DNA of 63,979 nt, counting the filler, from NCBI GenBank assembly GCA_964501035.1. It is 4 parts of 4 records of this genome, joined end to end, with 100 filler letters (N's around TTAATTAATTAA, not from the genome) between each part and the next. Parts side by side here need not be neighbours in the genome. Positions count along the whole stretch, not along the records: positions 1 to 20,766 come from CAZCRK010000023.1; 3 more parts are not named here. One strand, given 5' to 3'. This document shows positions 1 through 8,183 of this stretch, one piece after another. The notes beneath the pieces are model-generated. The model was given only the letters and a program-made list of their open reading frames with translations, was not told the origin of the DNA and made no database searches. Numbering within the stretch: position 1 is the first letter of the stretch; every line of letters starts with the position of its first letter. The position numbers were made by a program, and so were the translations under genes.

Positions 1-101
1 CAATGCAAAAATAAATTTGAAATATTATTTGTCAAGATTACACTTTGATATTCCTACCCTTTTAGATTAGTTTATCATAAGGTATAAAAAGTAGGAGTCT
101 C

Positions 102-1637
102 ATGTTTGCAAAAATATTATCATGTGCCGTTTTAGGAATTGATGCATACACTGTAAAAGTAGAAGCGCATCTTGAAAATTGTTCACCAACAAAATTTTTA
201 ACCGTTGGCTTACCCGAAGGAGCTGTAAAGGAAAGTAAAGAACGGGTTATGGCAGCCATGAAAAACTCTGGATTTCGAGTTCCTCAAAAAAGAATCACTA
301 TCAATTTAGCTCCAGCAGATATTCGAAAAGAAGGTTCTGCATTTGATTTACCCATTGCAATTGGAATTTTAGCTGCACTTGGATATATTGAGGAGAAATT
401 TCTTTCAAAAGTATTGTTAGTGGGTGAATTGAGTTTAGACGGTCAACTGCGTCCTGTAAAAGGGGTGCTTCCAATGTGTATTTCTGCAAGAAAAAATGGA
501 TTCAAACGAATCATTCTTCCAAAAGAAAATGAAAAAGAGGCATCTTATATCCCTGGAGTCCTTTCAGCAGGATTACGAACTTTAAAAGAAGTCGTTGATG
601 TATTGAATGGAGAGAAAGAAGTTAAACCATCTACTCCAATGAATATAAACAACGCTGATAATAGAACATTTGATGTTGATTTTTTAGATGTCAAAGGGCA
701 AGAAAATGTTAAAAGAGCCCTAGAAGTGGCAGCAGCTGGTGGGCATAATATATTGTTTATTGGACCACCCGGCAGTGGAAAAACAATGTTAGCAAAACGT
801 CTGCCAACAATTTTACCCAATATGACACTCGATGAATCTCTTGAAACAACTAAAATACATTCTGTTGCTGGATTGAATTCATCCAAATTTGGAATAATTC
901 AAAATAGACCGTTTCGATCGCCCCACCATACTATTAGTGATGTTGGATTAATCGGGGGAGGTACTGTCCCTAAACCTGGTGAAGTCAGTTTATCTCACAA
1001 TGGTGTTTTATTTTTAGATGAATTCCCTGAATTTAAGAAAAACGTTCTTGAAGTCATGCGACAACCTCTTGAAAATGGTGAAGTCACTATTTCACGTGCC
1101 AGATTATCCCTCACGTACCCTGCAAGTTTTATGTTAGTTGCAGCAATGAATCCATGTCCCTGTGGATATTACACAGACCCAAACAATGAGTGTACGTGCA
1201 ATTCAATGCAAGTTCAAAAATATTTATCTCGAATTTCTGGACCATTGTTGGATAGGATTGATATCCATATTGAGGTACCTTCCGTTGCGTTTGAGGAATT
1301 ATCAGCTAAACCGGATGGTGTATCATCAAAAGTCATTCAACAAAGAACTCAATCTGCAAGAGATATTCAAGAAATCAGATATGCAAGTAGGGGGAAGTTT
1401 TCTAATTCACATATGGAAAAAAAAGATATTGAATCATTTTGTAAAATTTCAAACGCTGGTGAATCGTTGTTGAAAATGGCAATGGAAAAATTAGGTTTAT
1501 CTGCTAGAGCATATGATAAAATATTAAAGGTATCTCGAACGATTGCAGATATTGAAGGTGCAAATGATATTTCGGAAGTTCATTTAAGTGAGGCTATTCA
1601 ATACCGAAGTTTAGATAGAAACATGTGGAAAATGTAA
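102..1637 (+). CDS. comM: YifB/ComM family Mg-chelatase-related AAA+ ATPase
   Basis: INLAPADIRKEGSAFDLPIA, Walker A GPPGSGKT, RSPHHT, LFLDE, NPCPCG, LSARAY motifs. Confidence 0.93.
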   Translation: MFAKILSCAVLGIDAYTVKVEAHLENCSPTKFLTVGLPEGAVKESKERVMAAMKNSGFRVPQKRITINLAPADIRKEGSAFDLPIAIGILAALGYIEEKFLSKVLLVGELSLDGQLRPVKGVLPMCISARKNGFKRIILPKENEKEASYIPGVLSAGLRTLKEVVDVLNGEKEVKPSTPMNINNADNRTFDVDFLDVKGQENVKRALEVAAAGGHNILFIGPPGSGKTMLAKRLPTILPNMTLDESLETTKIHSVAGLNSSKFGIIQNRPFRSPHHTISDVGLIGGGTVPKPGEVSLSHNGVLFLDEFPEFKKNVLEVMRQPLENGEVTISRARLSLTYPASFMLVAAMNPCPCGYYTDPNNECTCNSMQVQKYLSRISGPLLDRIDIHIEVPSVAFEELSAKPDGVSSKVIQQRTQSARDIQEIRYASRGKFSNSHMEKKDIESFCKISNAGESLLKMAMEKLGLSARAYDKILKVSRTIADIEGANDISEVHLSEAIQYRSLDRNMWKM

Positions 1638-1665
1638 ATTAAATGTCGATCAATATTTAATTAAA

Positions 1666-1697
1666 AACAAAAGGCCTCAAATTAGAGACCTTTTGTT
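1666..1697. terminator. Intrinsic terminator between convergent comM and TonB-dependent receptor genes
   Basis: AACAAAAGGCCTC-AAATTA-GAGACCTTTTGTT; fully paired (one G-U) on the minus strand, T-runs both ways. Confidence 0.75.
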
Positions 1698-1720
1698 ACT
1701 AAGCAGTGATTTTTAAGAAC

Positions 1721-3952
1721 TTAAATACTACCAAATTTATAAACCATAGATAAATAAAAAGTTCGTTGGTCTTGTTTCTCATAATTATAAACTTGTCGCT
1801 CACCATCACCTGAATCGTAACTCAAATTTGATTCAAAAATATCGTTATCTAATAAATCAACTCCCTTAAATGTAATACGTAAGTGATCATCTAGAATTGA
1901 TAGTTGGTATGCAAAGTCTAGTACAAATTTTCCATTTTCCCATTGATATCCCTGTGGCGACTCTTGTTTTGACTTATAGGTTCCATTAATTTCAAATTCT
2001 CCAAAGTTTTGTGTTTTGTAAGATGCAATTAACCTACTGTGTCCGCCTTTAGTAATTCCATTTAATTGAGAGTTGCTGGCTTCTTTGGTTTCCAATACAT
2101 AATAATTTCCAGTAAGTCTTAATTCAACATCACGAAATGGATCAAGTTTAATCAAACCTTCAACCCCATTTAATATTCCTGACCCTGAATTTTCAAAAGA
2201 ATAAAATGGATTTAATTCATCAATATTTTCTACCCATTGAATAGGATCTTGTATGAAATGATTATACGAAGTTAAATCAAACTTTACGTTATTTATTGTC
2301 TTCGTTACTCCAAATTCAATCAAATTAACAAATTCAGGTTCTAGGTATGGATTACCGATTGTATCAGTTATAGAAAAACTATCAATTCGTGGGGTAGGAT
2401 CCAACTGTTTTGCACTGGGTCTATTAACCCGACTTCCAAAACTAGTTCTAAACTGTGTAAATGGGTTTAGTGAATACGTAAAATGTGCAGAAGGATATAG
2501 TTTAGAATAATTTCCGCTGATATTATCTATTTTTGTGTTTACCCATTCATATCTTAAACCTAGTTTAACATTTGCTCGTTCGTTCCATCGAAAAGAAGTT
2601 AAGCTATACAACGCATAAATGTCTTCATTAAATACAAAAACATCATCATTTTGTTGTTTATCAAAAGAATTTAACCGTCCTTTGAAACCAGTTTCAACAT
2701 GAATATCATTAACTTTAGTTCGATAATCTAAAGTAAGTACTTTTCTGTCCTGAATAATAGAACCATCAGTAGTAACCAAATGGTCTGTTAATTCTTGAGA
2801 TTCATTTTGAACATCATGAGAATATTCAGCATCCAAGGCACTGTATTTATTAAAGGAATTATAAGATCCAATTCCAAATACATGTGCATCAATTTCATTA
2901 GAAAACAATGTTTCATCTCCAGTATTTAGGGATTTATCAATACTACCATTATTTTTAATCAAACTACCTTCTATAGTAAAAAGATTATTTTTTGTGAAGG
3001 AATGTTTAATACCACCATTATAATAATTCAATTTAGAATTTCTAATATTGGTACTAGTAACTGAGGAATTTTCTAAAATATATTCGTGGATTGAATTTCC
3101 AGAATGTTCTGCCTTTTCGTAGTTTGTTTTTGCAAACAAGGTTGTGTTTGGTAATCGATAACTAAACGAAGAACCCATATTAAATTTATTCGTATTTCCT
3201 GCATTAACTGTGACTTCACCATTATACCCACTTATCTCTTCATCTTTTAGAACGAAATTGATTATTCCAGTCATCCCATCTGGATCATATTCCGAAGAAG
3301 GGTTTGTAATGATTTCTACACTCTCTATCATAGAAGCAGGAACTGGAACTGAAACTGCATTTGTTGATCTGTCTGTTCCTAAAATGCCTGTCCGCTTTTC
3401 ATTGACTAATACTGAAACATTGGTTGAGCCACGAAGTGAAATGGTGCCATCAGCTCCCACTTCAACTCCAGGGATTTTTTTAATTACATCACAGCATGTT
3501 CCGCCTGACGTTGCTTTATGGTCATCTAAATTAAACACTTTTTTATCTGCTTTAACTTCCAGCATTTTCTTTTGTGCAGTAACATTGACTTCTTCGCCTT
3601 CTAAACTACTTTGTTCAATAAAAATATCGCCAAAAGTCTTTTCAGGGTGGTTCTGATTACACAGCTCAAATGGAAGGCTCCAAAATGAATCAAAACCTAT
3701 AAACTTAACTACTATTCGATAGTTACCTTCAGGAACATTGTGAAATGCAAAATATCCTTCATTATCCGTCATTTGTCCCAACACGATTTTCTCATCTACC
3801 GAGCGAATAAGGGTGACTGTTGCAAATTCAACTGGACCCATCGTTCCGGTTTGCTTAACTGTGCCGTTAACTTTAGCTGCATAGATTAAATTTGTAAAAA
3901 TGGATAAAATTAGAATTGCAATAATTCTTGAAATTTTATTTTTTAAAAGCAT
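1721..3952 (-). CDS. TonB-dependent outer-membrane receptor (carboxypeptidase-regulatory-like N-domain, plug, beta-barrel)
   Basis: Signal peptide; plug motifs IKKIPGVEV, ISLRGS, IEIITNPSSEYDPDG.TGIINFVLK; GNPYLEPE; C-terminal aromatic strand YKF. Confidence 0.88.
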   Translation of the reverse strand: MLLKNKISRIIAILILSIFTNLIYAAKVNGTVKQTGTMGPVEFATVTLIRSVDEKIVLGQMTDNEGYFAFHNVPEGNYRIVVKFIGFDSFWSLPFELCNQNHPEKTFGDIFIEQSSLEGEEVNVTAQKKMLEVKADKKVFNLDDHKATSGGTCCDVIKKIPGVEVGADGTISLRGSTNVSVLVNEKRTGILGTDRSTNAVSVPVPASMIESVEIITNPSSEYDPDGMTGIINFVLKDEEISGYNGEVTVNAGNTNKFNMGSSFSYRLPNTTLFAKTNYEKAEHSGNSIHEYILENSSVTSTNIRNSKLNYYNGGIKHSFTKNNLFTIEGSLIKNNGSIDKSLNTGDETLFSNEIDAHVFGIGSYNSFNKYSALDAEYSHDVQNESQELTDHLVTTDGSIIQDRKVLTLDYRTKVNDIHVETGFKGRLNSFDKQQNDDVFVFNEDIYALYSLTSFRWNERANVKLGLRYEWVNTKIDNISGNYSKLYPSAHFTYSLNPFTQFRTSFGSRVNRPSAKQLDPTPRIDSFSITDTIGNPYLEPEFVNLIEFGVTKTINNVKFDLTSYNHFIQDPIQWVENIDELNPFYSFENSGSGILNGVEGLIKLDPFRDVELRLTGNYYVLETKEASNSQLNGITKGGHSRLIASYKTQNFGEFEINGTYKSKQESPQGYQWENGKFVLDFAYQLSILDDHLRITFKGVDLLDNDIFESNLSYDSGDGERQVYNYEKQDQRTFYLSMVYKFGSI

Positions 3953-3974
3953 GATTGTCTCCTAATAATTTGAA

Positions 3975-4763
3975 TTAATGGCTATGATGTTCATTTTCAC
4001 CATGTTGATGGTGGTCATGATGTTCATCATTGTGATTATGTTGAATTGTATCTTCTTTTTCAACGGGTATTTCTTTATGTTCTATTTCTACAGAACTCTC
4101 TTCAAAATTAAAATATCCATTTAACTGAAAAATTAATAAGAAGATACCAGCCATTATCAATAATTGATTTGTTATTTTTGTAATACTTAGTGAGTATTTC
4201 CTCAGGAGCAATAAAATGGGAAAAGCAATCCCTAATGCTAGTATTTGACCAACCTCTACACCCGCATTAAAAGAAAGTATCTTGGAAAGTAAATGGGTAT
4301 GACCTAACTCAATTTGTTGCAATCGAGTCGATAACCCAAACCCATGAATGAGTCCAAAAATTAATACCATTACTACTTTATTCGGTGCTTCAATTGAAAA
4401 CCACTTATTGAAACCATCAAGGTTTTCAAATCCTTTATAAACAACACTGAATGCTATCACTGCATCAATCAAATAATAATTTGCATTTATCTCATAAAAT
4501 GTAGCAAAAACAAGAGTAATACTATGTCCAATTGTAAATGCAGTTATGAACTTTACAATATCCTTAAACTGTGTTAAAAAGAATATTACACCTATCAAAA
4601 ACAGAATATGATCATAACCAGTAACCATATGTTTTGCACCAAGGTAAAAATAGTCTAAAAGTCCACCTTGCACCATTTCTGTTTTATCAGATTCAGATAC
4701 ACCATGTGCAAAGATTAAGCCGGGTGTAAAGATTAAAGAAAGTTTTAATAATAAGTGTTTCAT
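3975..4763 (-). CDS. HupE/UreJ-family metal (Ni/Co) transporter with His-rich tail
   Basis: AHG after signal, GYDHILF, FTIGHSITL, FGLIHGFG, FNAGVEVGQ; tail HNHNDEHHDHHQHGENEHHSH. Confidence 0.88.
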   Translation of the reverse strand: MKHLLLKLSLIFTPGLIFAHGVSESDKTEMVQGGLLDYFYLGAKHMVTGYDHILFLIGVIFFLTQFKDIVKFITAFTIGHSITLVFATFYEINANYYLIDAVIAFSVVYKGFENLDGFNKWFSIEAPNKVVMVLIFGLIHGFGLSTRLQQIELGHTHLLSKILSFNAGVEVGQILALGIAFPILLLLRKYSLSITKITNQLLIMAGIFLLIFQLNGYFNFEESSVEIEHKEIPVEKEDTIQHNHNDEHHDHHQHGENEHHSH

Positions 4764-4886
4764 TTAAATTGTCTCCTAAAAATTAAGTATCTGTTAAATT
4801 GATTTTCATCTAGAAATAAGAAAAATATTCTAAAATGAAAATTCACGATAGTAAATATCGATATTACTTGAATTTAAAAGGGATTA

Positions 4887-5306
4887 TTAAACGATTAAAA
4901 CTGTAGTTTTTATATCGGGAGGAATAGAATTGGTATTAACCTCAACTTTAATAAAAATAGGTTGAAGTTTTAATTTAAAATCATTAGTTGAAACATATTG
5001 AATCAATTCATTATCAATAAATTTATAACTTGTTGAATTTATTACAAAAGCTAAGTCAGGAGTGTAATTCCATAGATTGATATCAATGCAATTCTCACAA
5101 TCATCTTCATGTGTATCTTCTTTAGGTGTTGGAACTTTACAAGAAATGTCGCATCCAGCTTCGATATTTATATCACCATCGGTTTCAAAACATAAAACTG
5201 GTGCTTTGATTCCGCTTTGAGTTATTATACCAAAGCAAAATATCCACACTAAAAAGTTATTGATTGTTTGTAATCTTCTTGATTTCACTAATTCAATATA
5301 ATACAA
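4887..5306 (-). CDS. Small Cys-rich hypothetical protein, possible metal-responsive leader (start may be GTG at 5288)
   Basis: Hydrophobic N-terminus, VLCFETDG, CxxxC, CxxCxD, C-terminal IPP..TTVLIV; directly upstream of metal uptake genes. Confidence 0.6.
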   Translation of the reverse strand: MYYIELVKSRRLQTINNFLVWIFCFGIITQSGIKAPVLCFETDGDINIEAGCDISCKVPTPKEDTHEDDCENCIDINLWNYTPDLAFVINSTSYKFIDNELIQYVSTNDFKLKLQPIFIKVEVNTNSIPPDIKTTVLIV

Positions 5307-5325
5307 AACGTGTTACTTGTTCCAA

Positions 5326-5360
5326 TGAAAATAATTTGTAACCTATTCTAATCATTATCA
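5326..5360. promoter_or_regulatory. Possible Fur-family boxes in divergent intergenic region
   Basis: TGAAAAT-A-ATTTGTA (5326-5340) and TTCTAAT-C-ATTATCA (5346-5360), partial matches to the 7-1-7 TGATAATnATTATCA box. Confidence 0.3.
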
Positions 5361-5370
5361 TCCAAAATTT

Positions 5371-5583
5371 ATGAAACAGATTACTAATTTACTTTATTCT
5401 TATAAACTACAACTAATAAGTTTAGTGCTTGGCGGTACAGCTGGTTATGCCTTTTATTATTTTATAGGATGTAATTCAGGTCACTGTATGATTACGGGAA
5501 ATCCATTTGTAAGTACAATTTATGGAATGGTATTAGGTTTAGTTTGGACGTGGCCTAATAAAGCAAGAAAGGCAAAGAAATGA
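5371..5583 (+). CDS. Small membrane protein, DUF6132-like
   Basis: GGTAGYAFYYFIGCNSGHCMITGNP (GCxxGxCxIT motif between two TM helices). Confidence 0.75.
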   Translation: MKQITNLLYSYKLQLISLVLGGTAGYAFYYFIGCNSGHCMITGNPFVSTIYGMVLGLVWTWPNKARKAKK

Positions 5584-5966
5584 AATATGGTTATCAACGT
5601 AAATTGAATCATGATTTTGATCACGTGGATGCAACAATACGTGAAAAACTTCAGGAACAAGGGTTTGGTATAGTGACAGAAATTGATGTTCAAAGCACAC
5701 TTAAAGAAAAAGTGAATATTGATTTTAGAAAATATAGAATTTTAGGCGCATGCAATCCTCCGTTAGCACATCAAGCACTTACTCATGAACTCGCAATTGG
5801 TTTATTATTGCCCTGTAATGTAGTTATTTGGGAAAATAACGATAAATCGGTTACAGTTTCAGCAATTGATACTCATGCAATGATGTCGATAACTGGAAGA
5901 GACGATATGGATGAAATGGCGAACCACGTAAACAGCTTACTACAAAAGGCAATCGATAATTTATGA
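5580..5966 (+). CDS. DUF302 domain protein
   Basis: GFGIVTEIDV, YRILGACNP, IGLLLPCNVV motifs; ATGA overlap with upstream gene. Confidence 0.9.
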   Translation: MKYGYQRKLNHDFDHVDATIREKLQEQGFGIVTEIDVQSTLKEKVNIDFRKYRILGACNPPLAHQALTHELAIGLLLPCNVVIWENNDKSVTVSAIDTHAMMSITGRDDMDEMANHVNSLLQKAIDNL

Positions 5967-6127
5967 ACGACTGGATACAATTTTTAGTTATTTATATTGT
6001 TTGGGTGTTAATGAATAGGTACTTGTTTCCTAAAATGGGCATACCAACGTGAGACAACCCGCAACCTCAGGTGAGGAAACCAATTTCATTAATTAAAAAA
6101 GAGGAAAATACGAATGCCAATGTATAA
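5963..6127 (+). CDS. Candidate 54-aa membrane-anchored selenoprotein (TGA 6050-6052 read as Sec); 29 aa if TGA is a stop
   Basis: ATG overlaps DUF302 stop (ATGA); MNDWIQFLVIYIVWVLMNRYLFPKMGIPT-TGA-DNPQPQVRKPISLIKKEENTNANV-TAA; fills the gap to the next gene; SECIS-like hairpin follows. Confidence 0.6.
6065..6076 (+). promoter_or_regulatory. Putative bacterial SECIS hairpin 1
   Basis: CCTC-AGGT-GAGG starting 12 nt after TGA 6050-6052; GGT at +18 to +20. Confidence 0.55.
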
Positions 6128-6311
6128 ATTTAGGTGTAAGACATGCGAAAAAGAATTCGATAAACTGGTCTTTGGATTTGATTCTTCAAATGTTGAATGT
6201 TCGCATTGTAATTCTAAAGATATTGAAAAATTGTTATCAGCACCTAGTTTGGGACAACCGCAAACTTCCTCTGGAGGATGTGGTGGTGGATCAGGATTTT
6301 CATGAGGATAA
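6114..6311 (+). CDS. FmdB-family zinc-ribbon protein, candidate penultimate Sec (GFS-U-G-stop); ends at 6305 if TGA is a stop
   Basis: MPMYKFRCKTC..ECSHC..EKLLS; Gly-rich tail GGCGGGSGFS then TGA GGA TAA; GAGG RBS. Confidence 0.75.
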
Positions 6312-6316
6312 GGAAG

Positions 6317-6333
6317 GAAATTTGGTGAATTTC
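6317..6333 (+). promoter_or_regulatory. Putative bacterial SECIS hairpin 2, overlapping the next start codon
   Basis: GAAATTT-GGT-GAATTTC starting 11 nt after TGA 6303-6305; GGT at +19 to +21. Confidence 0.55.
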
Positions 6334-7035
6334 AAAAATATAATTGTTTTAGTGTTAGGGTTGAGTATTATGGCGTGCGATTCAGAAAAATTAGATATTC
6401 AAGTAAATGTCCAGGGTAGATTAATGGATATTATGCATAATGGTGCACGAGATGGAATTGTACACATTGCTGATTTGTTAGGTGATAATGTTTATGGACT
6501 AGGTCCACTTGAAGGTTTAAACGGTGAGTATATCATCATTGATGGAAAACCTATTCTAACTCGTAGTGTAGATAGTAAGACTGCAAATATTGTAAAAGAC
6601 TATTCTACAGAAAAAGCATTGTTAGCTGTTACTGCTACAGTTCAAGATTGGAAATCAGTTGAAATTTCAAACCACTCCAGTATTGCATCGCTTGAAACGG
6701 AAATTCAAGAAATAGCTAAACAGTCAAACATAGATACAGAAAAGCCATTTCCATTTATGATTAAAGGAAATTTGGGTAAAGTAAATTGGCATATAATTCG
6801 ACCTTCTAAACCAGGTGGTTCACACGATGAACATTTAGCTGGAGCTTGGAAAGAAGAAGTGGATTCGATTGATGCTCAAATTTTGGGTTTTTATTCAAAC
6901 AAACATCATAGAATATTTACACATCATGATTCAAACGTTCATATGCACGTAGTTATAACCGAAAGTGGGTTATCTGGCCATATTGATGCTCTTGAAATTG
7001 GTGAAAAAGTAGAACTCTATTTGCCTGTAAAATAA
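6325..7035 (+). CDS. Acetolactate decarboxylase-like lipoprotein
   Basis: GTG start after AAGGAAGG; lipobox SIMA-C; YGLGPLEGLNGE, GFYS..H..FTHH..HMH..GHID metal-binding motifs. Confidence 0.7.
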   Translation: MNFKNIIVLVLGLSIMACDSEKLDIQVNVQGRLMDIMHNGARDGIVHIADLLGDNVYGLGPLEGLNGEYIIIDGKPILTRSVDSKTANIVKDYSTEKALLAVTATVQDWKSVEISNHSSIASLETEIQEIAKQSNIDTEKPFPFMIKGNLGKVNWHIIRPSKPGGSHDEHLAGAWKEEVDSIDAQILGFYSNKHHRIFTHHDSNVHMHVVITESGLSGHIDALEIGEKVELYLPVK

Positions 7036-7072
7036 CTTTTTAAGCCAGCCCCTTCTGATGTAGATTATTTTT

Positions 7073-7438
7073 ATGTCAGAGGATAAAATCCCATCAAATG
7101 ATGAAGAATTATTGCAAAATTGCATAGTTGAAACATTCCGCTCCAGTGGAAAAGGTGGACAACATGCAAATAAAACTGAATCGGCTGTAAGAATTACACA
7201 TATCCCAACGCAAATTTCTACAATTTGTCAAGATGAACGCAGCCAGTTACTCAATAAAAAGAAATGCATTATACAATTACGTGAAAAATTGATAAAGTTT
7301 TACGAAACGCCTAAAAAACGAATTCCTACAAAAAAACCTTATAAGGCTAAAGAAAAAGTTCTTGACACAAAGAAAAAACAATCTGTCAAAAAGCAATTAC
7401 GCAAAAAAATAGGATTTGATAATATTAATGAAGAATGA
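7073..7438 (+). CDS. arfB: Peptidyl-tRNA hydrolase ArfB/YaeJ-like ribosome rescue factor
   Basis: [21 protein letters not shown], basic tail KKRIPTK. Confidence 0.8.
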   Translation: MSEDKIPSNDEELLQNCIVETFRSSGKGGQHANKTESAVRITHIPTQISTICQDERSQLLNKKKCIIQLREKLIKFYETPKKRIPTKKPYKAKEKVLDTKKKQSVKKQLRKKIGFDNINEE

Positions 7439-8183
7439 ACTTTTATCTTATCAGATTCTCGGTTATTCTGCAGGAATTCCATCGGAAAATAGAGGGGTAA
7501 GCTGTACTATTATTAGTACACATCAATCTGATTTCATGATTGACTGTGGTGAAGGCTCTTACTTGCAGTGGAAAAAGCATGGATACTCATGGAAGCGACT
7601 CAAATCGATATTTATTACCCATTTACATCCAGATCATTCCGGAGGGTTGGTGAATTTATTGTTTTACAGAAAACTCCTTGGTGTGTTAACACCTTTAACA
7701 ATTTATGGTCCACCAAATTTACAAGAATATTTAGAAAAATCATTTGAATTTCAAGGAGTAAATATAGAATATGATTTACATATTTATTCAATTGATGAAT
7801 TAGATTCTACCAAAATCGAAAGTGAAATATTTTTTACAACTACGCAGTTAGAGCATAAATTGCCGTGTTGGGGGATTAAAATTGAATCATCTAATAATTC
7901 AATAGCATTTTTTACAGATACACTACCAATCCAGCAAACTATTGATTTAGCTCAAGGAGTTGATGTGCTTATACATGAGGCAACTTTTATGGATAATGTT
8001 AAAGATTTACCAAAAAAAACTTTTCATACCACTGTCCACGAAGCTATGGATTTAGCAGATAAAATGAATGTAAAACGTCTCATTTTAACCCATTTTAGCC
8101 AACGGTACTCTGATAACCAGTTAAAAACGATTCATTATCACGGTGTACCTTGTGTAGTATTTAATAAAAGGCAATCTTTCTAA
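7428..8183 (+). CDS. rnz: Ribonuclease Z (metallo-beta-lactamase fold)
   Basis: [26 protein letters not shown]. Confidence 0.85.
   Translation: MKNELLSYQILGYSAGIPSENRGVSCTIISTHQSDFMIDCGEGSYLQWKKHGYSWKRLKSIFITHLHPDHSGGLVNLLFYRKLLGVLTPLTIYGPPNLQEYLEKSFEFQGVNIEYDLHIYSIDELDSTKIESEIFFTTTQLEHKLPCWGIKIESSNNSIAFFTDTLPIQQTIDLAQGVDVLIHEATFMDNVKDLPKKTFHTTVHEAMDLADKMNVKRLILTHFSQRYSDNQLKTIHYHGVPCVVFNKRQSF

Noticed and set aside
6172..6324. N-terminal extension of the 287-aa ORF
   Set aside because: Overlaps the FmdB gene; RBS and signal peptide point to GTG at 6325
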